Notes: a model not told the origin generated them from the letters alone. Positions 48,694 to 58,992 are shown, numbered from the stretch's first letter. The stretch: 64,000 bases of DNA from Bacilli bacterium (GCA_050949315.1 JBMNFL010000001.1:416001-480000); one strand, 5' to 3'. Program-made: numbers and translations.

Positions 48694-49515
48694 TTATAAA
48701 TTTTTAATAATAAAGCCTAACATTATTGAACTCAGTATCCCTGGCTGCTCAAGAATAGGCACATGCCCACTATGTGGGAAAACGGCAAATTCACAATTAG
48801 GGATATTTTGATAGATAATCTCACTGAATTTTTGAGGCTTTAAGATATCATTCTGCCCACAAACAACTAGGGTTGGACATTTAATGTTCTTTAAAATATC
48901 CGTCATATAAACATCTTGAACAAAGGTATCGTAGAGGATTTTTTGACCATCATAATAACTCTTGTCTAAGGCCTTAAAACCCTTACCTCGCTCTAATAAC
49001 ATCGCTCGCTCTTTCTTTAAAAAGTCGGGGCCGTAGATAGCTGGAGCCATGACCCAAAAGAAAGTCTCTCCATCACCAATATCACAAAGAGCCTTCCAAC
49101 TGAGAACAAAGTTTTTACAGACCTCATCGAATTCTGAGATAGAATCAATAATCGTTAGGGTTTGAACATACTCGGGAAAAAGGCTAGCAAACTTCATGCC
49201 CACCTCTCCACCATAGGAGATGCCGGCGATATTGACTTTCTTTAAACCCAAGAAATCAAACAATTCCTTAGCTTCCTCGGCATGTTCTTTAAAAGAATAA
49301 ATACCGCTTTCGGGCACGGGTTTAGCCGACTTCATCTGACCTTTAAAATCATGGCAGACAATCTTAAAACCCGCCTTCTCAAAAATGGGAACACATAAGT
49401 CCCAACTATTAGTTGAGGCCATCACTCCGTTGAAAAAGGCAATTACCTTATCGGATTTAAGATCACCTTTGACTTCGTAATAGAGTTCTATACCTTTTTT
49501 GGTTTTAAAAATCAT
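48694..49515 (-). CDS. Alpha/beta hydrolase
   Basis: NGVM, DFKGQ, GISYGG nucleophile elbow, SGH. Confidence 0.88.
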   Translation of the reverse strand: MIFKTKKGIELYYEVKGDLKSDKVIAFFNGVMASTNSWDLCVPIFEKAGFKIVCHDFKGQMKSAKPVPESGIYSFKEHAEEAKELFDFLGLKKVNIAGISYGGEVGMKFASLFPEYVQTLTIIDSISEFDEVCKNFVLSWKALCDIGDGETFFWVMAPAIYGPDFLKKERAMLLERGKGFKALDKSYYDGQKILYDTFVQDVYMTDILKNIKCPTLVVCGQNDILKPQKFSEIIYQNIPNCEFAVFPHSGHVPILEQPGILSSIMLGFIIKNL

Positions 49516-49536
49516 TTTTCCCCCTCTTTCTCAATG

Positions 49537-50358
49537 TTAAACTTTATATTCTTCAGTAACTGTATTGATAAAACCTAAGGCTAGAGTCGAAAATAAGATG
49601 GGTTTTTCATACATTGAAGCATGACCCACATCGGGTATTTTGACATAAAAGCCGTTTTTAATACTCTTGAGTAACTGTTCTTGATTAGCAAGTGGCGTTA
49701 AATAATCCTGCTCCGCCCCAATGATTAAAGTGGGCGCTTTTAAATCCTTTAAAAGAGGACGCACATCGTAATTAGAAGAACTCTTAGTAAGCCTAATCAT
49801 CGCATCCGTAAAGTTTTTATCACTAAAGAGCGGGAACAAAATCTTTTCCCGATTGCGCATCCAATCAAGACGCCCTTCGTAGAAGGTTGGCGAATAGATA
49901 ATAGGAATCGCCGTATAGTAGTAATGCTCGCCTTTTCCGGTCTCGGCCGCCATATTCCAGGCTTTGCCAATATCATCTAACCAGGGCGTGGTATAAGCAC
50001 AGGTATTGAAAAGCACGAGCTTATCGACATATTCTTGATAACGGCAAGCGAATTCTAAAGCGACTTCCCCACCATAAGAAATACCAACTAAATTAACTTT
50101 TTTAAGTTTTAGTTCATCACATAAGGCCTTAAGAACTCTAACTTGAATATCGTGATCATAGGGGAATAAGTCGGCAATCTTACTACTCTGCCCCTGATCT
50201 AAAAAATCTACGAGAATCAGCTGATTATGGCAAGAAAAGTCCTCAATAAAAGGTACCCAACTCTTAGTTGACATCATAATGCCATTTAAGATGATCACGG
50301 GTTTTCCTTGACCATAGACTTCATAGTAAACTTCTTTGTTCTGAAAATTAAACTTCAT
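49537..50358 (-). CDS. Alpha/beta hydrolase (paralogue of the neighbouring gene)
   Basis: NGIM, DFLDQG, GISYGG, VGH. Confidence 0.88.
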   Translation of the reverse strand: MKFNFQNKEVYYEVYGQGKPVIILNGIMMSTKSWVPFIEDFSCHNQLILVDFLDQGQSSKIADLFPYDHDIQVRVLKALCDELKLKKVNLVGISYGGEVALEFACRYQEYVDKLVLFNTCAYTTPWLDDIGKAWNMAAETGKGEHYYYTAIPIIYSPTFYEGRLDWMRNREKILFPLFSDKNFTDAMIRLTKSSSNYDVRPLLKDLKAPTLIIGAEQDYLTPLANQEQLLKSIKNGFYVKIPDVGHASMYEKPILFSTLALGFINTVTEEYKV

Positions 50359-50360
50359 AA

Positions 50361-51689
50361 TTAATCCTCATCATCAAGATTGCCAATAATGCCATATTCT
50401 ACAGCTTCTTGATATAATTGCTCTCTAAACTTGGGATGGGCGATGGAAATAAGGGCTAAAACACGTTCTTTAACATTTAAACCCCAGAGATTTACCATGC
50501 CGTATTCAGTCACAATGTAATGAACATCTTGCCTTTGTAAAGTGACAATTGCCCCCGGTCTTAACTGGCTGACAATCTTAGAAACTTCTTCTCTTTCACC
50601 CGTCTTGGGATTTTTAACCATCGCGGTTGAATATAGACAAATAAAGGCTCGGCCGCCTTTTGAAAGTTGAGCACCAATTGCTGTATCGGCTTGACCACCC
50701 GCCCCACTAAATTGTCTAGACCCAATGGATTCCGAACAGACTTGACCTGTTAAATCAACTTCTAAAGCGGTATTAATGGAAACTTGATTATCGTTTTGGG
50801 CGATGACATGAGGATCATTAACATAACAACCGTCCAATAAGGAAACGGCGGGGTTATCATCCACAAAATCGTATAATTCTCTAGTCCCCACAATCATGGT
50901 GGTAACTGCCTTACCAGGGTGTAAATTCTTCTTGCTGTTATCAACGACACCAGCCTTCATTAATCTCATTAGCCCCGTTGTCAAGAGTTCGGTATGAACA
51001 CCTAAATGTTTCTTGTTAGCTAAAGCCGCACATACGGCATCAGGAATGCCCCCAATACCAATTTGAATGCAATCACCATCACGGATCTGGGAAGCGATAT
51101 AGTCACCGATAATTTTATCCTTCTCACTAAAAGTACCTTCAGGGACAATAGGTGGTTGATAATCAACTTCGATAAAGTAATCTACTTCATCAACTTTAAC
51201 TAAACAATCCCCCCAGGTTCTTGGATAATTGGGATTAACCTCTAAAATGACTAGTTTTGCCGCCGCCAATATTCTTTTCTCATAGGTGTTAGAAAGCGAT
51301 AAAGATACATAACCATGCTTATCGGGAAGTGAACAAACACCTATAAAAAGATCAGGATGAGGAACGTGATGTAGACGCCTAATGGCTGCAAAATGCAAGT
51401 GGTTAGGAATAAAAGACACGTTGCCATTGGGATGAGCTTTCCTAAGCGGTGGTGAATAAAACCAGCCATCACAAGCAAAGGAATGCCGGTATTTACGATC
51501 TAAATAAGCAAGATCGCTGAAAGGTAGGCAGTTGGTGATCTTCACGTTCTTAACGCGGTCAGCAATACTTGGTAAAGCCCCCATGAAGGCTCTAGCCTCG
51601 CCGCCACCTAAACCCGTCACGATGTGATAATCGGATTTAACAAACGATAAAGCCTTTTCTAATGTGATAATCTTGTCTTGATAGTTCAT
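50361..51689 (-). CDS. Acetyl-CoA hydrolase/CoA-transferase (4-hydroxybutyrate CoA-transferase/Cat2-like)
   Basis: QIGIGGIPDAV, LGVHTE, EVDLTGQVCSES, SGAGGQ.D, VTEYG, ISIAHPKFRE. Confidence 0.9.
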   Translation of the reverse strand: MNYQDKIITLEKALSFVKSDYHIVTGLGGGEARAFMGALPSIADRVKNVKITNCLPFSDLAYLDRKYRHSFACDGWFYSPPLRKAHPNGNVSFIPNHLHFAAIRRLHHVPHPDLFIGVCSLPDKHGYVSLSLSNTYEKRILAAAKLVILEVNPNYPRTWGDCLVKVDEVDYFIEVDYQPPIVPEGTFSEKDKIIGDYIASQIRDGDCIQIGIGGIPDAVCAALANKKHLGVHTELLTTGLMRLMKAGVVDNSKKNLHPGKAVTTMIVGTRELYDFVDDNPAVSLLDGCYVNDPHVIAQNDNQVSINTALEVDLTGQVCSESIGSRQFSGAGGQADTAIGAQLSKGGRAFICLYSTAMVKNPKTGEREEVSKIVSQLRPGAIVTLQRQDVHYIVTEYGMVNLWGLNVKERVLALISIAHPKFREQLYQEAVEYGIIGNLDDED

Positions 51690-51776
51690 AGTGAACTCCC
51701 TCCTTTTTTATATTTAAACTATTTAAAAAGCAACAAAAGCTAAATACTTTTTAAATTGATCAAACATTTGATAGAA

Positions 51777-51804
51777 AGTCGAGGGGGTGGCCTACCCCTC
51801 GACT
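51777..51804 (-). terminator. Strong hairpin after the solute-binding protein gene
   Basis: agtcgagggg-N8-cccctcgact. Confidence 0.65.
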
Positions 51805-51823
51805 ATACTATTAATGAGATAAA

Positions 51824-53323
51824 CTATTTCTTTAAATTGGTTGGAATATGATCCATGACGTCTTTAAGTGTCCTAATACCATCAACAGCAACTAAGGTGT
51901 AAGCACCGGTAGAAGTCTTTTCTAAACTGATAGTATTTAAGGCTAAACTAGTAACACCAAATCTGTTACCATCTGAGTAATCAAGTGTGCCACCCATTGG
52001 AAGTGAAACTTCTTTTTCTTCCATGGCCTCAATGTAGTTCTTCCAAGTTAAGTCCTTATTAGCAGCTTTAACTCTCTTTAAACCTTCCACGAAAATCTTA
52101 CCAGCGATGTAGCCAGCCATACCATAGGAGTTGGCCATATACTCTGGATGACCATTTCTAGCAACACATTCGGCATAGTCCCAGTAATCTTGGCTATAGG
52201 CGGTAGCTACTTGGACCCAATAGAAATCTCCATTTGCTAGAACAGCAAAGCCATACTCATTTTTCTTCTCGTTAATTTCAGTCTTTACAGTATCGGTTGG
52301 AACTGCAAGCGTATACTGATACTTCGTAGCATCAGCTGGATTATCAGGATCGACTGTCACTTTGTAATAGGCCGTATGAGTAACTGCTCTAGTTACATCT
52401 GTAATATCTAACCAAGCGGTGGTATAAACGGGTCTATCCTTAGTGATAACTTTGTTATCAACTAAATCCCCTAGCGTTTTCGTATTGGCACTAACATAGG
52501 ATGTGATTACCTTAGCATCGTAGGCTGCCGCTTTCATGTAGTTAAGAATCTCCGTAAACGGAACTTGGTTAGCCGCCACGATGACGACATCACATTGAGC
52601 ATTCTTTAATTTGTTAACCGCTGCACTGTGATCAGTGCCCTGATCAGCCGCAGTAGTAACATAAGTGATACTCATCTTAACTTCTTTAGCTTGCTTCTTA
52701 ATGCCGGCTAGCATACCAGTACCAGCATCATCAGTAGTGGAAATGACACCGACTTTTGTGCCACCTAAACCCCAGTCTTCTTCAGTTGCCGCCACGGCTC
52801 TGGCTAATAAAACCTGACCTTCGGCGTCAAAAATTGGTTGCACAGGCATAACCGCTCTGTTGTAACCTTTGGCTTTTTCTTGGTATAAGCTACTAACACC
52901 AGTGGCAGCATATACCATTGGTACACCTTTTTCCTTGATGTAATCAACTGTTTGGGTGACAGTATTGGTCCCAAAGTGACCAACTAAAGCAAAAATCTTG
53001 TCTTCTTCGACTAATTTTTTGGTGTAGGTTAAGCCTTTGGCGCCATCAAAGTCGTCATTATAGTGCTTTAATTTGACATGAGCACCACCAAAGCCACCCG
53101 CGGCATTGTAATCGGCAAAGACCGCTTCAATTGCAGCATTGAATGGAACGCCAACGACAGCAAAGCCGCCAGCAGTAGCCGCAGTATTACCAACAACAAT
53201 TTCGCTTGCGCTAACGCCTTGGACTTCTGTTCCATCATACTCGACAACTTTTTGCCCACAAGAAGTGATCATGATGCCCAGCAAGGCTAGTAAGCCTACA
53301 AACCCTAAACTTCTCTTCTTCAT
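51824..53323 (-). CDS. Liv/HAAT-type ABC solute-binding lipoprotein
   Basis: TSC lipobox, QGVS..EIVVG, YNAAGG, KLVEEDKIFALVG. Confidence 0.85.
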   Translation of the reverse strand: MKKRSLGFVGLLALLGIMITSCGQKVVEYDGTEVQGVSASEIVVGNTAATAGGFAVVGVPFNAAIEAVFADYNAAGGFGGAHVKLKHYNDDFDGAKGLTYTKKLVEEDKIFALVGHFGTNTVTQTVDYIKEKGVPMVYAATGVSSLYQEKAKGYNRAVMPVQPIFDAEGQVLLARAVAATEEDWGLGGTKVGVISTTDDAGTGMLAGIKKQAKEVKMSITYVTTAADQGTDHSAAVNKLKNAQCDVVIVAANQVPFTEILNYMKAAAYDAKVITSYVSANTKTLGDLVDNKVITKDRPVYTTAWLDITDVTRAVTHTAYYKVTVDPDNPADATKYQYTLAVPTDTVKTEINEKKNEYGFAVLANGDFYWVQVATAYSQDYWDYAECVARNGHPEYMANSYGMAGYIAGKIFVEGLKRVKAANKDLTWKNYIEAMEEKEVSLPMGGTLDYSDGNRFGVTSLALNTISLEKTSTGAYTLVAVDGIRTLKDVMDHIPTNLKK

Positions 53324-53379
53324 AGTTTTCCCTCCTTGAAAAGTTTTTTATTATTATTGTCAATGACAATTAATAACCA

Positions 53380-54141
53380 TTATTTTTTGCCTCCTAAATA
53401 GGCGGCGACTAAGCGCTCATCATTGATAAGATCAGACGCTAAGCCATGCATTGAGATTGTACCTAATTCCAAAACATACGCATAATCAGCAATTTTTAAA
53501 GTGGCAAGAGCGTTTTGTTCAACAATTAAAATTGAGGTACCACTAGCCCGAATTTTTACTAGTGTTTCGAAAATATCTTTAATGATTAAAGGGGCAAGAC
53601 CTAAGGATGGTTCATCTAAAAGCAAGATTTTAGGACTGGCCATTAGGGCCCGACCAATCGCTAACATCTGCTGTTCGCCACCTGACAAGGTGCTAGCTTG
53701 TTGTTTTCTTCTTTCCTTGAGTATGGGGAAAAGGTCAAATACTTTTTCCATATTTTCTAACAACTGAGCTTTCGCACTTTTGCTTACTTCTTTACCTTCA
53801 ATCATAAACTTTTTGGTTTTTAAACCATAAGCGCCGACCCTTAAATTTTCTTCAACCGTGAGGCCCATTAAAATCAAACGCCCCTCAGGTGACTGTGATA
53901 AGCCCATTCTAGCGATGGCATAAGCCCTTCTGTTAGCAATATTCTTGCCCTCAAAAAGAATTTCACCCTTAGTTACTTTAGCCATACCGCTGATCGCTTT
54001 AAGTACCGAGGTTTTACCCGCACCATTGGCCCCTAACAAGGCCACAATCTGACCTTCTTTAACCGTAATGTCAATACCCTTAACCGCTTGAATGGCCCCA
54101 TAATTTATGACCAGATTCTTAACTTCTAATACCTTAGACAT
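53380..54141 (-). CDS. Liv-type ABC ATPase (LivF-like)
   Basis: GANGAGKT, PEGR, LSGGEQQMLAIGRALM, LDEPSLGLAP. Confidence 0.92.
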   Translation of the reverse strand: MSKVLEVKNLVINYGAIQAVKGIDITVKEGQIVALLGANGAGKTSVLKAISGMAKVTKGEILFEGKNIANRRAYAIARMGLSQSPEGRLILMGLTVEENLRVGAYGLKTKKFMIEGKEVSKSAKAQLLENMEKVFDLFPILKERRKQQASTLSGGEQQMLAIGRALMASPKILLLDEPSLGLAPLIIKDIFETLVKIRASGTSILIVEQNALATLKIADYAYVLELGTISMHGLASDLINDERLVAAYLGGKK

Positions 54142-54144
54142 AAA

Positions 54145-55548
54145 TCATTCACCTTCCTCTTCTTGTACACCTAAGTAGGCGGTTTGGACATCAACGTTCG
54201 CTTGAATTTCAGTTGGAGTTCCGATGGCTAATTTCTTACCAAAAGAAATCGCACAAACAGTGTCACAAATCTCCATAACTAAGCCCATATCATGTTCGAC
54301 AAGTAGAATCGTACACTTATAGGTCTCTTGGATTTTCCTAATTAATTTTGCTAATTCCTCAGTTTCGCTATCATTTAAACCAGCTGCTGGTTCATCGAGG
54401 ATAATGAGTTGAGGATCAGACATCAAGGTTCTAGCAATCTCGATCTTTTTAAGGACACCATAAGGTAGTCCCATCGCATACCAGTTGGCATAAGGTAGTA
54501 AGCCCATAAAATTTAAAACCTTTAGGGCTCTCTGCCGAATGATGATTTCTTCAGCGGCTAGTTTTGATGAGTGGAACATATGTTCAAAAATGTTGGTGTG
54601 GTATTGACGATGAGCAGCGATTAGTAAGTTATCTAAAACGCTGACCTCTTTCACGACCTCAATATTTTGGAAGGTTCTAACGATGCCTTCTAAAATAACA
54701 TCGTGAACCACTTTACTATTTAAATCGATGACTTTCCCCCGTTTATTTTCAAAATAGATTTCACCTCTGGTAGGCTTATAAAACTGGGTAATACAGTTAA
54801 AGACCGTAGTTTTACCGGCCCCATTAGGACCGATTAAACCAAAGATTTCACCCTTTTTAACTTTGAAGCTTAAATCTTCAACCGCACGAACACCACCAAA
54901 GAACATACATAGATCCTTGACCTCTAAAACAATGCCTTCATCTAGATGGTATTCACTTTGCTCTTCAAGATTTAAACGACTCTCTTTTTGCTTTCTTTTA
55001 GCCTCCATTTTTTCAATTCTTTGGGCATATCTTTTAGCAAACTTTTCTTTCAAAATAGCATATTTTGCTTTGATTTTTTCTGTTTCCGTGGTCACGTTTT
55101 GTTGATATTCGGCCTCGGCCTTATCTAAATCAACACCGGTTGCATCTTTAACAATCTGAGCTTGAATTTCTTTTTGAAGGGCTTCTTTATAACTAGCAAG
55201 TTCTTTTGCAATCTCCTCTTCAATGGCCTTAAATAATTCCTCGCTCATTTGAACTTTCTTCTTGGTGTTCTCTAATTTATAGGCCTTTCTTAACTCTTCT
55301 TTTTTAGCCTCAACTTTACGCTCAACGATGTAATCAAAAGCCTTAGGATCTTGAAGCGTTTGAAAACGCAGAGCCTCAAGTTTTAATTTTTTATTTTGAG
55401 TGGCCTTAGCTATCTCAGTTTGGCATTTCTCTTCTAACAAATAATCCTTCGCTGCCGCGGCATCTTTATAAAGCGCGATCCGACCAACTAAATTCCGATA
55501 ACGCGCGAGATGAAAGTCGGCTTTTAACGTCTTAAGCTTTGCTGCCAT
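54145..55548 (-). CDS. Liv-type ABC ATPase (LivG-like) with about 200-aa N-terminal coiled-coil extension
   Basis: GPNGAGKTT, RTFQN, LPYG, LDEPAAGL, VEHDM; K/E/A-rich N-terminus. Confidence 0.9.
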   Translation of the reverse strand: MAAKLKTLKADFHLARYRNLVGRIALYKDAAAAKDYLLEEKCQTEIAKATQNKKLKLEALRFQTLQDPKAFDYIVERKVEAKKEELRKAYKLENTKKKVQMSEELFKAIEEEIAKELASYKEALQKEIQAQIVKDATGVDLDKAEAEYQQNVTTETEKIKAKYAILKEKFAKRYAQRIEKMEAKRKQKESRLNLEEQSEYHLDEGIVLEVKDLCMFFGGVRAVEDLSFKVKKGEIFGLIGPNGAGKTTVFNCITQFYKPTRGEIYFENKRGKVIDLNSKVVHDVILEGIVRTFQNIEVVKEVSVLDNLLIAAHRQYHTNIFEHMFHSSKLAAEEIIIRQRALKVLNFMGLLPYANWYAMGLPYGVLKKIEIARTLMSDPQLIILDEPAAGLNDSETEELAKLIRKIQETYKCTILLVEHDMGLVMEICDTVCAISFGKKLAIGTPTEIQANVDVQTAYLGVQEEEGE

Positions 55549-56626
55549 AACGTTTTACCTCCCTTTCAATCTTTTTTAATTTTGCTTTATAACGGATATT
55601 GAAAACCATCTGGGCAAAACCACCAGGGTAGTACATGACGATGACAATCATCAAAACCCCAGCTAAAAGGGTGACAATTGTCGGGTGGGCGGCAAAGAAA
55701 GCGATGCGTGAAAGAACCATGGTATCTAAGGCATAGATAAAGAAAGTGCCCGCGGTAACGCCCCACAAAGATTTGTAACCGCCGATAATGACTGCTCCTA
55801 AAATGTAAAGCGAGGTCGCTAAAGTAAATAAGGTTGAGGTTGCGGTCACGACCGCCCGATAGTAAAGCATATACAACACACCGGCAATCGCCGCGTAAAT
55901 AATTGAAATAATAAAGGCTAACAAGCGATACTTCATAAGACTAATTCCCATGGCCTGGGCGGCGGAAGTACTGCTCTTCATGGCTACCATCGCTCGCCCT
56001 GTTGGACTTTGAATTAGATTGGCAACTAGCACTGTTAAAAAGACAAACATGATAACAATTACAAAGTAAACCACTCTAGTATTTAATTGAAACACCCAAA
56101 ATAAGGTAATATTATTTGCCTGAATTTTAATGGTAGCGGCCAAAGTTTTTAATAACTTAACAATCATCTCTGAGAAGGCTAGAGTCATGATTGCTAAATA
56201 GATACCCTCAATTCTCAGCGAAATAAAACCAACAAGTACCCCAATGATAATAGACACTATTAGAGTAACTATTAAGGTTGTAAAATAATCTAGACCTATT
56301 CCTTGCATCATATAATAGGCCGTATACGAACCTATCGCGACAAAACCCGCGGTACCAAGAGAGGCTAATCCTGAATAACCGAGCAATAGACAATAACCAA
56401 CCGTGACAATACTGTAAATTATCGCTTGCGTAATTGCCATCTCATAACTGGCTGGTAAAACACCGGCTAAAATCAGGAATTCAACCAAGAATAAAATAAG
56501 CCCAAAAACAACAAACTGATAGGATTGTTTTTGTTTGATCTTCTGCCAAAAGCTGATTTTTTGATTAGCTCTTGGATCCGTTTTTTGAAGTTCTAGATAC
56601 TCTTTCTTTAAATCAAAATTTTTCAT
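55532..56626 (-). CDS. Liv-type ABC permease (LivM-like)
   Basis: GYSGLASLG, G.YLAIMTLAF, SPTGRAM.A, IIGG, PGG. Confidence 0.9.
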   Translation of the reverse strand: MKNFDLKKEYLELQKTDPRANQKISFWQKIKQKQSYQFVVFGLILFLVEFLILAGVLPASYEMAITQAIIYSIVTVGYCLLLGYSGLASLGTAGFVAIGSYTAYYMMQGIGLDYFTTLIVTLIVSIIIGVLVGFISLRIEGIYLAIMTLAFSEMIVKLLKTLAATIKIQANNITLFWVFQLNTRVVYFVIVIMFVFLTVLVANLIQSPTGRAMVAMKSSTSAAQAMGISLMKYRLLAFIISIIYAAIAGVLYMLYYRAVVTATSTLFTLATSLYILGAVIIGGYKSLWGVTAGTFFIYALDTMVLSRIAFFAAHPTIVTLLAGVLMIVIVMYYPGGFAQMVFNIRYKAKLKKIEREVKRYGSKA

Positions 56627-56628
56627 AC

Positions 56629-57534
56629 CTATACCTTCTTTGCTACCTTTTTACCAAACAAACCCTGTGGCTTGATGAGAATGGCTACTAACAGAAGCAT
56701 ATAAACAATGACTTCATTCCAATTTAAAACTCCATCAATAAAGTTATCAAAGAAACCCACAAAACTCATGGCTAAAGGAATGATAACCGCCCCGATAATC
56801 GGACCATAGAAGGTGGAAAAACCTCCAAGTATACCCGCCAAGAAAGCGTTGACTTGATATCTAGTCATAAAGGTTGAGGTTAGTTGACCGGTGCCGCCGG
56901 CTAACATGATCGCGGCCAGTACTCCTAATCCACCAGCAATCGCCCAAGTAGCCGCTGTTATCACATGGGTGTTGACACCCATGAGTTCTGCTGTAGTTTC
57001 ATTGGAAGCGGTCGATCTAACCGCTAAACCCCACTTGCTGAACTTTAATAACAAGAAAATTGCGGCAATCACAACTATAGTTATGCCGGCACTAATCAAG
57101 GCATGGTAAGTAAAGACAACTTCACTTCCCCCAACTTCAAAAATTAAGTTACCTTCCACAAAGGGTGGAATCTTCGGTGCTTCTTGTACTCCAAAGATGA
57201 TGGGAATGATACCAATAATAATGGAAACTAACCCCATGGTAATAATTTGTTTACCAATCGCATTGACCTGGCGACCGCGCCTAAAGATAACCGCATCTAC
57301 AAATAAACCAAATAAAATACCTACGACTAAGCCTACGGCGATACTGAGATAAAAATTCCAGCCAGCATCACAGGCTAAATAGGTCGTAAAATAACAGCCC
57401 AGAGCCGCGATTGAACCCTGCGCAAAATTGGTGGTCGTTGAGGTCTTAAAGATGAGCGAAATGCCCATCGTGGCCACCACGGTCACACAAATTGTCAATA
57501 ACGATGTCGCAAGTGTTGCAAAAAGCGCTCCCAT
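56629..57534 (-). CDS. Liv-type ABC permease (LivH-like)
   Basis: NFAQG, WGLAVRS.A.N...A.LMG, ILGG, KPQGLFG. Confidence 0.9.
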   Translation of the reverse strand: MGALFATLATSLLTICVTVVATMGISLIFKTSTTTNFAQGSIAALGCYFTTYLACDAGWNFYLSIAVGLVVGILFGLFVDAVIFRRGRQVNAIGKQIITMGLVSIIIGIIPIIFGVQEAPKIPPFVEGNLIFEVGGSEVVFTYHALISAGITIVVIAAIFLLLKFSKWGLAVRSTASNETTAELMGVNTHVITAATWAIAGGLGVLAAIMLAGGTGQLTSTFMTRYQVNAFLAGILGGFSTFYGPIIGAVIIPLAMSFVGFFDNFIDGVLNWNEVIVYMLLLVAILIKPQGLFGKKVAKKV

Positions 57535-57537
57535 TAA

Positions 57538-58563
57538 CTATTTCCCCCATCTAATAACGTTGGCTGACCAAACATAGCCGATTCCCGCCGCAATCATGCA
57601 GACGATGGAACCATCTTTGACTTTCCCTTCCTTTAAAGCTAAGTGCAGGGATAAAATCTGATCAATTTGACCAACATGACCATAATGTTCTAAATAAATG
57701 GATTGTTCTTCTTTTAAACCGAGATCTTTAAGCATGCCTAAATGACCGGAACGTTTCATATGCAAGACGGCTAAATAATCAATCTTTTTATCTAAGCCCG
57801 CTTTTTCAAAAGACTTATCAATGCACTTATACCAATTGGGCATGGAAACTTGATTTAAACGATTTTTCATTGTAACCGGATCTAATAACCTTAAAGACTT
57901 CGCAGCTTCTTCGACATTATCAGGCGTGATAGGATTAGCAATACCGCCAATTTCCACCCCCGCTGTTCTTGCTAAAGAGCCATCGGAAATTAGATGCGAG
58001 GCTAACAAAAGATTTTTACCATAATTTTTCTTTAAGATGAGGGCGCCGCCCCCGGCACCTAAATTATACATCATCGACATATTATTGTCCGTGTAATCTA
58101 CAAAATCGCCATTGCGATAACCACCACAAACTAAGATGGTATCAATGGTATCATCGGCAATCAACATCGTACGCGCTACTTCCATGGCTGCGACACAGGT
58201 GCAGCAACGATTCTGAACATCTAGTGCCCAAGCATTATCAGCCCCAATCCGTCCTTGAATGTAGCAAGCTGAGGTTGTTAGAGGATACTCCTTATATTCT
58301 TCACCAATGCAGAGGATGACATCGATATCTAAGGGATCAACGCCTGTGTTTTTTAAACAATCTAAGGCGGCTAAAGCCCCCATCTCTTGAGTTCCATCTT
58401 CAGGTCCTTTGCCCGGCACGCATTTCTCAATAATGCCTAATTTGTTAATTACGGCTTCTTCACTCCAATGGCCTAAAGTGGCCTCAGAAATCTGTTTAGC
58501 CGTCATTTTTGACTTCGGCAAATAGATGCCGGTACCGACAATTCCCACGTTGACTTTTTTCAT
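57538..58563 (-). CDS. KAS-III/FabH-like thiolase-fold enzyme with Cys-His-His-type motifs
   Basis: GTGIYLP, DVQNRCC, LHMKRS, HYGHVGQ, AGIGYVW; lacks FabH HQAN/GNT. Confidence 0.82.
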   Translation of the reverse strand: MKKVNVGIVGTGIYLPKSKMTAKQISEATLGHWSEEAVINKLGIIEKCVPGKGPEDGTQEMGALAALDCLKNTGVDPLDIDVILCIGEEYKEYPLTTSACYIQGRIGADNAWALDVQNRCCTCVAAMEVARTMLIADDTIDTILVCGGYRNGDFVDYTDNNMSMMYNLGAGGGALILKKNYGKNLLLASHLISDGSLARTAGVEIGGIANPITPDNVEEAAKSLRLLDPVTMKNRLNQVSMPNWYKCIDKSFEKAGLDKKIDYLAVLHMKRSGHLGMLKDLGLKEEQSIYLEHYGHVGQIDQILSLHLALKEGKVKDGSIVCMIAAGIGYVWSANVIRWGK

Positions 58564-58681
58564 AAATTTTCTTTCTCCTTCATGGCTTTAAGCTCTCTTA
58601 TTTATATTTCTAACTTGCATTTCACAAATGTTTTAACCTAAGCTCTGAACGATATTCTTGTTGGGCGCAATTATTATTTTT

Positions 58682-58695
58682 TGTTAGCGCTTACA
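58682..58695 (-). promoter_or_regulatory. cre (CcpA/LacI-family) site
   Basis: TGTAAGCGCTAACA on minus strand fits the TGWNANCGNTNWCA consensus; about 120 nt upstream of the operon. Confidence 0.7.
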
Positions 58696-58706
58696 AAAAT
58701 GAAACA

Positions 58707-58992
58707 CGAATCTTTCTTCAGTATTATTTTTTCACATCCGTTCAATTAAGTCAAGCGAAAGAATGCAATTTCTTTTGCTAAAAGCAAGTTTTTTTAAAAG
58801 TACTAGTAAGGTAGTTTAAAAATCAAACCAAAACATGAATGATTATTCAAACTACCGTGCATTTATTTTATTTACGAAAAAAGTGCGATTTTTACGAATT
58901 ATTTTCTTAAAAACCCGAACGATAAGAAAAGTTTTACTTGCAATTCGTCCTTATTTATTGTATCTTAACAATCAGTGTTGAATACTGATTCA
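58707..58992. promoter_or_regulatory. Three candidate TetR operators (T/C)GAAT-N5-TTCA and tetR promoter
   Basis: cgaatctttcttca 58707, tgaatgattattca 58836, tgaatactgattca 58979; TTGCAA-17-TATCTT at 58938-58966. Confidence 0.55.

Noticed and set aside
51824-57534. Ordinary branched-chain amino acid transporter (liv gene symbols)
   Set aside because: The family call is sound, but the acyl-CoA/ester catabolic context argues against assuming an amino-acid substrate
57538-58563. Housekeeping fabH
   Set aside because: Lacks HQAN and GNT motifs and has no fab/acp neighbours
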